Source of the DNA: an uncultured virus (IMG/VR IMGVR_UViG_3300025012_000065)
Taxonomy: Duplodnaviria; Heunggongvirae; Uroviricota; Caudoviricetes
Direction: 5' to 3' (one strand)
Virus record (IMG/VR): IMGVR_UViG_3300025012_000065
DNA: 64,000 nucleotides
This document shows, piece by piece, positions 30,502 to 38,995 of this stretch. Made by a program: the position numbers and the translations under genes. Numbering within the stretch: the first letter of the stretch is position 1; every line of letters begins with the position of its first letter. Under the pieces are notes generated by a model. It saw nothing but the letters and a program-made list of their open reading frames with translations, did not search any database and had not been told where the DNA came from.

Positions 30502-30533
30502 TTCATTATATAGTATGTAATTTTCGCGAGCAT

Positions 30534-30902
30534 TCATCGATACCCATTTTTTTCGTTACGTAATTCCAGTACAACTACAGATCGACATTGGCTTATACTC
30601 AAACCAAACTTCATACCAATATCTTTGTAGGTGTATCCCGAGTCCCGCATTTGTTTAATGGCGATGTTTCGAGTTTTACATTTAGTTGATCCTCGCTCCT
30701 TTGCGTAGTTATGGGCACTCAATGGTTGGGTTATCTTTTCGATTTTTTTGGTGTCACCATTGGCATACATAATTACTCCAAACTTTTTTTCATAATTAGA
30801 TCTGATTTGTAATAGAGTCTTCACAACAGATATTAAATCGTCGTTGGAATCAATCTCCGTTGGGAGTTCCTGTTTTTTTCGATCCAGATAACGCTTCTTC
30901 AT
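30534..30902 (-). CDS. protein with C-terminal HTH (sigma region 4-like)
   Basis: MRDSGYTYKDIGMKFGLSISQCRSVV. Confidence 0.55.
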   Translation of the reverse strand: MKKRYLDRKKQELPTEIDSNDDLISVVKTLLQIRSNYEKKFGVIMYANGDTKKIEKITQPLSAHNYAKERGSTKCKTRNIAIKQMRDSGYTYKDIGMKFGLSISQCRSVVVLELRNEKNGYR

Positions 30903-31052
30903 CTCTAAAACAATAGTCTCCTTCCCAACAGCCCATTAGGGCTTCGACGCACTTACTACAGTCTTTAGGTAATATACCTTTAGTTGGTGATACTTGGCAC
31001 TTTATGAGTTTAGACTTTTTTTTCATTAGTATCCTCCTTAAAATATGAGCAA

Positions 31053-31107
31053 AAAAGAAATGGCTAGGACTTACTCCTAGGTAGACTATTCAAACAGTCC
31101 ACTTCTT
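31053..31107 (-). ncRNA. small two-hairpin cassette RNA
   Basis: promoter, GACTG-TTTGAA-TAGTC and CTAGGA-GTAAG-TCCTAG hairpins, closing stem and T-tract; no RBS/ORF. Confidence 0.6.
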
Positions 31108-31139
31108 TCATTATATAGTGCGTAATTCACGCGAGCAAA

Positions 31140-31214
31140 AAAGAAGTCCAAGCGAGAATTAACTCATTAGGTACTCTTGGATGTCCGTATGTCTAGCATA
31201 TAGAACTCTTCTTT
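31140..31214 (-). ncRNA. small structured cassette RNA
   Basis: promoter; AAGAAG/CTTCTT closing stem, TCCAAG/CTTGGA stem, T-tract; no RBS. Confidence 0.55.
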
Positions 31215-31246
31215 TCATTATATAGTGTGTAATTTTCGCGAGAAAA

Positions 31247-31305
31247 ATAATGGTTATTCAATATACCCGACTTGCGCCGATGGGAATCAAACCCACTAAC
31301 ATTAT
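31247..31305 (-). ncRNA. circularly permuted tRNA-mimic RNA, copy 1
   Basis: ATAAT-GTTA-GTGGG TTTGATT CCCAT-CGGC GCAA GTCG-GGT ATATTGAATA ACC-ATTAT. Confidence 0.75.
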
Positions 31306-31378
31306 CTTTCATTATACAGCATGTAATTTCGCGAGCAAAAAGAAATGCTAAGTTTCCTTAACAACTTCTCTTTATAAG

Positions 31379-31564
31379 TTAATCTTTATCCATACTTAGT
31401 TTCACATGTTCCGCCTTGAATCGTATCTTAATCATAGTTTCTTGGGTCTCTCCATTGTCGCTTGTTGTTGTGCTTGGAATATCAAATTCCATTTCACAGT
31501 TACGTGCTTCGTATAAGACACCTTTTTTTATAATTGCTGATATAATTACATCGGTGATTTTCAT
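31379..31564 (-). CDS. cassette-encoded small protein
   Basis: own promoter (31595-31620), RBS and terminator. Confidence 0.7.
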   Translation of the reverse strand: MKITDVIISAIIKKGVLYEARNCEMEFDIPSTTTSDNGETQETMIKIRFKAEHVKLSMDKD

Positions 31565-31636
31565 ATGCTTTTCCGCCTTTCAAATATAACTTCTATTATA
31601 GCGCATGTATCCTACGCGAGCAAAAAGAATAGAAGC

Positions 31637-31870
31637 TTAATAAGCTTCTATTCTCCCTTTAATTCCAACAAAGCTTAATACTTTTAAATCATATTCTAAT
31701 TTCTTAATAACCGACTTCTTACTGACGAATGTAATTTCAACTGTTCCATCAATCATGAGACATATGTCGATCGTTGTTCCCGATTTCTTATATGTTTCAA
31801 TGAGTTTTGTAACTTTCGAACTATCCCCGTTCAATACTCTTGTGATTACTTTAAATTCCTTAGTAAACAT
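31637..31870 (-). CDS. cassette-encoded small protein
   Basis: own promoter, AGGAGG RBS; stop within the terminator hairpin. Confidence 0.7.
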   Translation of the reverse strand: MFTKEFKVITRVLNGDSSKVTKLIETYKKSGTTIDICLMIDGTVEITFVSKKSVIKKLEYDLKVLSFVGIKGRIEAY

Positions 31871-31927
31871 GCTATATTCCTCCTAAATTTTATTTCTTTC
31901 ACTATATAGCATGTTACGTACGCGAGT

Positions 31928-32398
31928 CTATCGATTAGAATACGGACATCCACCAATGCCTGGATTGTCATCACACACGGGAACGTCATACTTGGCAAAT
32001 AACTTTCGTACACTACAATTACTCGGTAAATCGGAACAATTATTGCAAGCTACCATAGCTTTTTCACATAGATCTAATAAATCTGAAGTCTGGATTGGCG
32101 TGACGCTGTCAAGTTCTAACATTTGCTTATACTCACGTATTGCGTCGTTGCGGTACTTCAAAACAACATCCATTTTCTTAGACTGACTCATTAAATTATC
32201 GGATTCGAGATCATCCAACTGTTCACACTTTATACATAGTGCTCTGAATATAAACGATTTAGCCATTCGAAGGGCTTTGACAGAATCTTTATTGCCTATG
32301 TTCTTAGCCCATTCATCAGCCGTACCAGTTGCATAATCTATGAACGCCGATAAGGTTAAGACCTGGTTCTTCTCTAGTCGATTGAAATATGTTTTCAT
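31928..32398 (-). CDS. hypothetical protein with Cys-rich C-terminus (DUF5651-like)
   Basis: GGAGG RBS; CxxC...C...VP...CPY. Confidence 0.65.
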   Translation of the reverse strand: MKTYFNRLEKNQVLTLSAFIDYATGTADEWAKNIGNKDSVKALRMAKSFIFRALCIKCEQLDDLESDNLMSQSKKMDVVLKYRNDAIREYKQMLELDSVTPIQTSDLLDLCEKAMVACNNCSDLPSNCSVRKLFAKYDVPVCDDNPGIGGCPYSNR

Positions 32399-32502
32399 CG
32401 TACGCCTCCTCCTACTCTATACACGGTATAGTAACGGTCCAATGTGAAGCCACGGGTACATAGTATATAATACCACCTCCACGCGAGCAAAAGAGAAAAG
32501 GA

Positions 32503-32652
32503 TCAGCCCTCAAGGAGCTTTTCCAATTCATCTACTTGTTCCGTAAATCGCTTTTTAAATTCTTCAAATGTCAGCGAACAGGCTTCCGATTCGATAAAGG
32601 TTCTCAATTTTATAAGTACCTCATCTATTTCTTCAACCGTAATCTTTTTCAT
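32503..32652 (-). CDS. cassette-encoded 49-aa acidic helical protein (below the ORF-track cutoff)
   Basis: promoter, AAGGAGG RBS, MKKITVEEIDEVLIKL...EKLLEG*. Confidence 0.65.
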   Translation of the reverse strand: MKKITVEEIDEVLIKLRTFIESEACSLTFEEFKKRFTEQVDELEKLLEG

Positions 32653-32730
32653 AATAAAACCTCCTTCAATTTACTTTCATTATACGGTATGTACCTAACG
32701 CGAGCAGAAAGAGAGAGACTAAGTCTCTCA

Positions 32731-32952
32731 TCAGTTTCCTAATAAAGTCTCTAACTCTCTCATAGCTCTTTCAAATCTTCTTGTGGCTTCCCCTCCTGTA
32801 TATGTATCCGCGTCAGTACCAATGCGTTCGTGCCAGGTTATTGCTTCGGACGATACCATATAAATGTCATTTACAATGTCATTTTCATAATTTTCGTCTA
32901 TCATCTTTAACCGATACTTCATATTGATCTTCGTAACTTCTATCATATCCAT
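32731..32952 (-). CDS. cassette-encoded small protein
   Basis: promoter, GAGGAGG RBS, GAGAGAC-TTA-GTCTCTC terminator. Confidence 0.7.
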   Translation of the reverse strand: MDMIEVTKINMKYRLKMIDENYENDIVNDIYMVSSEAITWHERIGTDADTYTGGEATRRFERAMRELETLLGN

Positions 32953-33013
32953 AATAAAGGCCTCCTCAAATTTATTTTCATTATGGAGTATGTAACTAAC
33001 GCGAGTAATATGT

Positions 33014-33607
33014 CTACTTAATTTGCCAAAACACTATATCTCTTTTTTTTGTACCCACTTGCATTGGATATTTTGTGATTTCCAGCAATTTGTCAAATAA
33101 ATCGTAATTATATAGAGTTAACAAATCTCGTCTAATACATAATTTATTTATGCCATATCGCTTATTAAACACGTTCCAAAGATGAATGCCTTCCGACAAA
33201 TTCCCAGAACATGATAACAATGACACGGGATGTCTATACATATGCCTCAACGGTATTTTTAAATCCGAAGCTTCAAATATAAAGTCTCCATTCTTTTTAA
33301 TTTTAGCAACCATGTTATACTTTTGAAACTTATCGTATTGAATAGCGTTACTTATAATAAGTTTATATTGTTTACCCTGTGCCTCATCCCAGATCAAATC
33401 TAAATATTCATTATCTTGCTCTTTTGCCTTGTCAAATACATAAAAAGGCAGGTCTTCGGATATGTATTTATGATCTGTTCTTATGGTGCACAATCCAAAC
33501 TTATCTATCAGATCCACGTACTCATCATATGTTTCGGGTATGTAAAATTGATGAATATTCAAATTTAATTCCATAATGCGATTAAGACTTTGAATTTTAT
33601 CGAACAT
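33014..33607 (-). CDS. AT-rich hypothetical protein
   Basis: 197-aa ORF, GGGGGG RBS. Confidence 0.6.
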   Translation of the reverse strand: MFDKIQSLNRIMELNLNIHQFYIPETYDEYVDLIDKFGLCTIRTDHKYISEDLPFYVFDKAKEQDNEYLDLIWDEAQGKQYKLIISNAIQYDKFQKYNMVAKIKKNGDFIFEASDLKIPLRHMYRHPVSLLSCSGNLSEGIHLWNVFNKRYGINKLCIRRDLLTLYNYDLFDKLLEITKYPMQVGTKKRDIVFWQIK

Positions 33608-33646
33608 GTTATACCCCCCATATATCCATTGTGAGAAAAAGAAAAC

Positions 33647-33832
33647 CTAAGCTTTCTCTGGTATAAGAGTTAAATGTTTATTGGACTTAAAGTTTATTTT
33701 GAATTCTTTAATTCCGTTTTGATGAGCAATATTGGTTACTAAATCCATAAGATAGTCTAATGATATAGTAACTCCTTCTCTACTCTCTAATTCAGCAACT
33801 AGTTCTTCGGTTGATATTTTTGATAAATCCAT
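33647..33832 (-). CDS. cassette-encoded small protein
   Basis: promoter, AAGGAG RBS; DLSKISTEELVAELESREGV. Confidence 0.7.
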   Translation of the reverse strand: MDLSKISTEELVAELESREGVTISLDYLMDLVTNIAHQNGIKEFKINFKSNKHLTLIPEKA

Positions 33833-33906
33833 AATTACTCAACTCCTTTCATTATATCGCATGTATCCATCGCGACCAAAAAGAAAGCCTAAACTTTCTC
33901 TCCTTT

Positions 33907-34137
33907 CTATAAAAGTGGTTTGTTTAGTATTGTTCTGATACTGGATTCGTTTATAAACATATTTTTGCTAATTTCGACATTAGACAGTCCTATACTCTTT
34001 AGTCTGGTTGCCTTGGCGTAAAGATCATTCATTAATTCCTCTTCGCCCTGACACGCTATACTTCTTAGTTTAGTTACTGTAATACCCATTCTTTTAGCAA
34101 CGTCTGCTTCACTTACTTCCAATGTACGTTCAATCAT
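33907..34137 (-). CDS. stand-alone double-HTH protein homologous to the N-terminus of the putative RNA polymerase
   Basis: ATRLKSIGLSNVEISKNMFINESSIRTIL vs ANRLKAKGYSNVEIGKRMGGRNESSVRSLL. Confidence 0.8.
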   Translation of the reverse strand: MIERTLEVSEADVAKRMGITVTKLRSIACQGEEELMNDLYAKATRLKSIGLSNVEISKNMFINESSIRTILNKPLL

Positions 34138-34252
34138 ATTAAACACACGCCTTTCACTTTCATTATAAAGCATGTTATGTACGCGAGGTCTACCGATAAC
34201 AGCCTACTACGCAGAACCGGCAAAAAGAAAGCCTAAGCTTTCTCCGCTAGAC

Positions 34253-34582
34253 CTATAATTCTACCTCATGGTAATTTCCGTTATCGAGATCACTCATTGT
34301 TGCGAGGAACGCTTCGGATACCGTAATATCACTATTAACCGGTAAATCTAACGTCCATCCAATACCTGAGCCTTGCTCGTTTCCTTGAAACCAATGAATA
34401 GAATAATCAGGTTCCTTTGCGGGAATCTCTACGACTTCTTCTTCTTTCTTAGTGTTTAGGCCAATTGTTATTAGAGCTAAAACCCCCATTCCAACGATAA
34501 TCCCAGCTGCTATGACCTTTTCTTTGTGGTTGTTCCACAAGACCTTAGCCTGTTCTTTCACTGATAATTTGTTTTTAATCAT
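34253..34582 (-). CDS. cassette-encoded single-pass membrane protein
   Basis: promoter at 34603-34628; TM VIAAGIIVGMGVLALITIGL. Confidence 0.7.
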   Translation of the reverse strand: MIKNKLSVKEQAKVLWNNHKEKVIAAGIIVGMGVLALITIGLNTKKEEEVVEIPAKEPDYSIHWFQGNEQGSGIGWTLDLPVNSDITVSEAFLATMSDLDNGNYHEVEL

Positions 34583-34781
34583 AATACAAATACCTCACTT
34601 TCATTATGACGTATGTAACAGTCGCGATCCTATCGATCCTCCGTTCGCATGATTAATGTGAATATAGCGGTGGCTCTAGCCTTAAGTTCCTCATTCGTAA
34701 GGTCTGATAGTAATTCGATACATAAACGATCATGTTCGGCATATAGCTCGGCATAGGTCATGGTATAAGAATCTTTCGTCA

Positions 34782-35081
34782 TCACACGTCCTCCACCAAC
34801 ACTAATGTTTTTCTGTTAACGGCATAAGACATATACTTTAAAACACGTTGTTTCTTCCGCTGTATTAAATTATCATTATCAAGAATAGGAATAAGACATT
34901 CTTCTTTAAGCATTTCAAATACCCCAAGAAGATCTCCAAACTCAATAGCGATTTTTTCAGCAGTATTAATATCACTCTTCCATTTATCATCAAGGCCAAA
35001 TCGTAAAGCTTTTGCGGCTTCTTTTTGAATTTCTGAACATTCTTCAATTAAACAGGTTAATAAATGTTCGGTTTTATTCAT
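34782..35081 (-). CDS. MazG-like NTP pyrophosphohydrolase
   Basis: LIEECSEIQKEAAKALRFG...EFGDLLGV. Confidence 0.65.
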   Translation of the reverse strand: MNKTEHLLTCLIEECSEIQKEAAKALRFGLDDKWKSDINTAEKIAIEFGDLLGVFEMLKEECLIPILDNDNLIQRKKQRVLKYMSYAVNRKTLVLVEDV

Positions 35082-35323
35082 AATATCCTCCTTATTAATT
35101 TTTAGACTTAGACATTAACCTAAAGTACTATTCGTTAACCCCATATACAAATATCCAATTCTCTGCACGAGTCTCATAATATACACGATCGTCCACACGT
35201 ACGTCAAAGTACTTAATTCCGTTTTTTTCATAGACGGCCACTACAATTCCACTAAACTCGTTGTTGATATTTTTTACCTCATCTTGATAGCCTGGTAATG
35301 TTACACTCATAGTTATACTCCTC

Positions 35324-35857
35324 CTAAATGCCTTTTATTTTGCATGCTATCATATCTGCCATGTGGGAATACAGAACATTCGGATAACGATCAATGGCTC
35401 TACCATAATATGCCCATTTATTGGTATCTTTTTCATAAGAACCCATATGCCATCTTATACACGCTACTTCTTCGTCCGTAAGATCCATATATTTTTGAAG
35501 GTATATAACCGACTTCTCCCCATGACCATCAATAAGGAGTTGATCATTGTACTTATATGGATGTTCCCCATCGGGCGTTTTGATATAGTTGTCAATTTTA
35601 CATAGATCATGGAATAACCCAACGATCAACGGTGATTCTGGACGTTGCCATTTCAAGCCCATACCTATTGTTAGTTTCTGTAACGTGTCATAAACCTCGT
35701 AGCTGTGGTCAAATAACCCGCCCTCGTAACTTCCATGACGCTTCGTACTTGCTGGTGCGGTTAGGAATTCGGCTATTGGGAATTTACCATTCGTGAGAAC
35801 TCCTAGTTTACCATAAGTTAAAGCTCTAAATTTGTCATATCTATCATCGAAATTCAC
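35324..35857 (-). CDS. HD-domain phosphohydrolase
   Basis: APASTKRH..EGGLFDHS, LFHDLCK, GHGEKS, IRWHMG, ADM. Confidence 0.85.
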   Translation of the reverse strand: MNFDDRYDKFRALTYGKLGVLTNGKFPIAEFLTAPASTKRHGSYEGGLFDHSYEVYDTLQKLTIGMGLKWQRPESPLIVGLFHDLCKIDNYIKTPDGEHPYKYNDQLLIDGHGEKSVIYLQKYMDLTDEEVACIRWHMGSYEKDTNKWAYYGRAIDRYPNVLYSHMADMIACKIKGI

Positions 35858-35859
35858 AA

Positions 35860-36096
35860 TTACACCTCCTTCCTTAGAATATGATTCCGGAATTCATGAT
35901 CATCACTTATTTCACTAGCGCGTAATATTTGTAGCGTCATCCAAGTGGCGATATAACCCTTTTGGTTTAGATATTTCTTACCTTCGGTGACATCCATTTT
36001 CCACATAACGCCAACGACTTCTCTAGGGGCATTCGTTATTAAGACATTATGTGCATCATATATGAAGGCTCTACAACTATCTAAGTCTCCCTGCAT
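35860..36096 (-). CDS. hypothetical protein, paralogue of 37513..37707
   Basis: AFIYD.HNVLITNAPREVV.VMW..DVTEG.K.L.QKGY.ATWMTLQ shared. Confidence 0.7.
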   Translation of the reverse strand: MQGDLDSCRAFIYDAHNVLITNAPREVVGVMWKMDVTEGKKYLNQKGYIATWMTLQILRASEISDDHEFRNHILRKEV

Positions 36097-36099
36097 TAA

Positions 36100-36522
36100 T
36101 TACACCTCTTTCCTTAAAATATGGTTCCACAACACGCCTTTGATATAAACATTTTTAATACCAGCGTTGACAATCATTCGACGGCACATAAAGCAGGGTT
36201 CGTCCGTAACATAAATATCCGCACCATCAATCGATATACCATGTCTCGCGGCTTGAATGATTGCATTTGCTTCAGCGTGCACACTTTTGCATAATTCGTA
36301 ACGTTCGCCGGGTTTAACCCTTAGTCGTTCACGCTCACACACCACACAGTGCGCTTCACCCATAGGGGTTCCATTATATCCACTACTTAATATTAGTCTA
36401 TCTTTCACGATTATAGCACCCACGTTACGACGTAAACACGTTGATCTAGTCGCCACTGTCTTAGCAAGTAATGCAAAGTATTCACTCCATGATGGTCTAG
36501 TCAAGTTTACGCACCTTCTCAC
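36100..36522 (-). CDS. dCMP deaminase
   Basis: RSTCLRRNVGA, SGYNG, HAEANAI, PCFMC. Confidence 0.9.
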   Translation of the reverse strand: MRRCVNLTRPSWSEYFALLAKTVATRSTCLRRNVGAIIVKDRLILSSGYNGTPMGEAHCVVCERERLRVKPGERYELCKSVHAEANAIIQAARHGISIDGADIYVTDEPCFMCRRMIVNAGIKNVYIKGVLWNHILRKEV

Positions 36523-37516
36523 TAGTAATTGGATTTATCAGATATACGTCTCCCATATTTTCTCTTATCCATTGAATTTTATCATCCGATGGTATTGGTC
36601 CATATTTATCCTCGACGAGCTTAATAAGATTTATCAGATATACGTCTCCCATATTTTCTCTTATCCATTGAATTTTATCATCCGATGGTATTGGTCCATA
36701 TTTATCCTCGATGAGCTTAATAAGATTTATAGACATCCCTCCATATTTACGATTTGTTTCAATTTCACCCAACATGCTTTTTAAATTAGAAACATGTTTG
36801 TCGACACCATCTAACATTTTTAATGTTTTCTGATTAGACTCTTCTCCATTAAGGTTTTCTTCTCTCATCAATATGTCATTATTTTTCTTAATGATCCCCT
36901 TTCTTAAATCAAAATTAAATAGAGATCGTTCGGGCTTAGATCTTGATGGAATATCCTGTAATTCAGGATGCTTTTCTTCTATCCACATAGCACCAATAAT
37001 ATTCCACGCAGCAGCAACAAGATGATCCTCGTCCGTCTGCCCATCAACACATTTTAATAGATGTCGAATTCCACTATCTATAAAACTACTAATCGGAAGA
37101 CCTTTTTCCCAATTTCTCGGGGCATATTTTACTGCGCCAGCCTCATAATGCTTCGAAAGACGTAATAATGCACATGCTGGATATGATGAATATTTTGGAA
37201 TATCTATTGATTTTTTTTCTTCCATATACATGGCATCTATTAAATCACATGCGGCCGCGCAAAGATGATCATGATTTGTTTCGCCATCTAGATAAAACAT
37301 CAATCGGATCAACGAATCATCCAACATAGAGCAAAACGATACATTATCGTTAAGTCTTCTGGCATTAGCCCGATATTGAGATATTCTCAATAGAGCCGCC
37401 GCCGGTAATAGATCACATCGACCCTTACCTTCACTCATATCACGTACGGCACCACTTTCAAATTCTCGTCTATCGCCACTGTCTTTTAACATAGTATAAA
37501 CATCTCTCTTTCTCAA
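36497..37516 (-). CDS. DUF5664-like dATP/dGTP diphosphohydrolase domain protein with C-terminal tandem repeat
   Basis: KDSG.R.EFESGAVRD...KGRCDLLP; HYEAGAVKYAPRNWEKG...RHL...EDHLVAAAWN. Confidence 0.75.
   Translation of the reverse strand: MRKRDVYTMLKDSGDRREFESGAVRDMSEGKGRCDLLPAAALLRISQYRANARRLNDNVSFCSMLDDSLIRLMFYLDGETNHDHLCAAACDLIDAMYMEEKKSIDIPKYSSYPACALLRLSKHYEAGAVKYAPRNWEKGLPISSFIDSGIRHLLKCVDGQTDEDHLVAAAWNIIGAMWIEEKHPELQDIPSRSKPERSLFNFDLRKGIIKKNNDILMREENLNGEESNQKTLKMLDGVDKHVSNLKSMLGEIETNRKYGGMSINLIKLIEDKYGPIPSDDKIQWIRENMGDVYLINLIKLVEDKYGPIPSDDKIQWIRENMGDVYLINPITSEKVRKLD
36532..36730. repeat. near-perfect 96-bp tandem duplication (32 aa)
   Basis: INLIKL(I/V)EDKYGPIPSDDKIQWIRENMGDVYL x2. 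Confidence 0.95.
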
Positions 37517-37707
37517 ACTACTTCACTGGAACGTAATCGTTGTAAGGTCATCCACGTAGCCACATAACCTTTTTGTGTTAGATTTTTCAAACCTTCGGTA
37601 ACGTCTAAATGCCACATAACCGCAACAACTTCCCTAGGCGCATTGGTTATCAAGACGTTATGCTCGTCATATATGAATGCCTTACACTTATCTAAATCTT
37701 CTTGCAT
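37513..37707 (-). CDS. hypothetical protein, paralogue of 35860..36096
   Basis: high similarity; AGGAGA RBS. Confidence 0.7.
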   Translation of the reverse strand: MQEDLDKCKAFIYDEHNVLITNAPREVVAVMWHLDVTEGLKNLTQKGYVATWMTLQRLRSSEVV

Positions 37708-37983
37708 GGCAATATCTCCTTTCTTAAACTTAGAATATAAATTACTAATGTGGCATAGAACATAGCATCAGATACATTGTTCCCGTAAAACTGAAGTTAG
37801 TGTTGGTCGAATTTGTAACTTCTCTCCAAGTTCTCTTTTCGAAGAAATTCACATCTCACATTTTAGACCCTATCTTTTTATTAACGAGTTAACCCGATAT
37901 AACAACGATCATAGCCGCTACGCCCATCAAAACACCTGTAAAATATACTGGTTCCTTCTTTCAAAATATGGCTTAGTGAGAAA

Positions 37984-38077
37984 AAAGAAATAGCTGTACG
38001 TAGGTCCGGTTTGACTCTTAATCTTCATCTCCTACTGTTATCGCCAGGGACTTAATGCCCTATACTCGCTTATTCTT
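37984..38077 (-). ncRNA. structured cassette RNA (~95 nt)
   Basis: promoter; AGGG/CCCT hairpin, GTAGG/CCTAC stem, closing stem, T-tract. Confidence 0.55.
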
Positions 38078-38119
38078 TCATTATATAGTATGTAATTTTC
38101 GCGAGCAAAAAGAAAGAGT

Positions 38120-38272
38120 CTAAGCTCTCTCAGATTCAATTGCTTCTGTAACAACATTATCGCTCAGCGTAAGATAGACATAGTCCTTTGGATTAGGACC
38201 TTCTCTGAATATGGCGAACGTTTCATTGTTATCGGCATTTAAGTCTAAGAGTTCTTTAACTCTTTCTAAATT
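38120..38272 (-). pseudogene. 5'-truncated cassette ORF lacking RBS/start
   Basis: open frame ...ERVKELLDLN...IESERA* ends in the terminator loop; no in-frame ATG with an RBS after the promoter. Confidence 0.5.
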
Positions 38273-38316
38273 TATTTCATTATAGAATATGTTACGTACG
38301 CGAGCAAAAAGAAAGC

Positions 38317-38508
38317 CTAAGCTTCCTCCTTATCAATAAGTTTATTAATAATATGGGCTTTTATATCATTCAGTTCTGTAGCACTTGGTATCGAATTTCC
38401 GTCCTCATCCAAAACTTCCATTTTAAAGTTTTCAATTTTAAATTGTTTTGCGTTCTCGATATTTACATCAATTAGTACCTCTGCTACTGCTACGATTTTT
38501 ACTTTCAT
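38317..38508 (-). CDS. cassette-encoded small protein ending EEA*
   Basis: AGGAGG RBS; stop in the repeat hairpin. Confidence 0.7.
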   Translation of the reverse strand: MKVKIVAVAEVLIDVNIENAKQFKIENFKMEVLDEDGNSIPSATELNDIKAHIINKLIDKEEA

Positions 38509-38606
38509 GATAATCCTCCTTATTTTATAAATTTCTTTCATTATATGGAATGTAATTCACGCGAGGTCTCATGACAACCATCTACTACACAGAATGGGCT
38601 AGAAGG

Positions 38607-38671
38607 GAAGATGTGTACATGGATATTCTCCCGTACGTATCAGTCTACTATTTTCGACTAATATCATCTTC
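38607..38671 (-). ncRNA. three-way-junction cassette RNA
   Basis: GAAGATG/CATCTTC closing stem; TATTAGTC/GACTGATA and GTAC.GG/CC..GTAC hairpins, directly after a promoter. Confidence 0.65.
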
Positions 38672-38710
38672 TATTATAGAGTAGGTTACGTACGCGAGCA
38701 GAAAGAAAGC

Positions 38711-38917
38711 CTAAGCTTCCTCTACGTCTGATATAATTTTAGCGGCGATAATTGTTCCAATTATTAATCCTGCTGTAGCGCTTATAAACGCGCACGCAAA
38801 CCCCTTCCACCAACCTTCATCAAAGCACTTCTTTTTTAATTGTTGTACTTCAAATTCGTTTGTTGGAATAGTCTCACATTCCTCTGTTTGTAGGTGATGC
38901 ATTCTTATCATTTTCAT
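38711..38917 (-). CDS. cassette-encoded small membrane protein ending EEA*
   Basis: AAGGAG RBS; C-terminal TM. Confidence 0.7.
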   Translation of the reverse strand: MKMIRMHHLQTEECETIPTNEFEVQQLKKKCFDEGWWKGFACAFISATAGLIIGTIIAAKIISDVEEA

Positions 38918-38995
38918 AATATCAATCTCCTTTAAATTTATTTCATTATATAGCAGGTTATCCACGCGAGCAGAAAGAAAGCCTAAGCTTCCTTC

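Noticed and set aside
34782..37516. 2-aminoadenine (Z) genome pathway
   Set aside because: HD, MazG-like and DUF5664-like genes are present but no PurZ/adenylosuccinate synthetase homologue is seen in this window
37990..38035. Hammerhead ribozyme (AGATGAA...GTCAAAC resembles CTGATGA...GAAAC)
   Set aside because: Invariant core nucleotides are missing and no third stem or cleavage triplet could be placed
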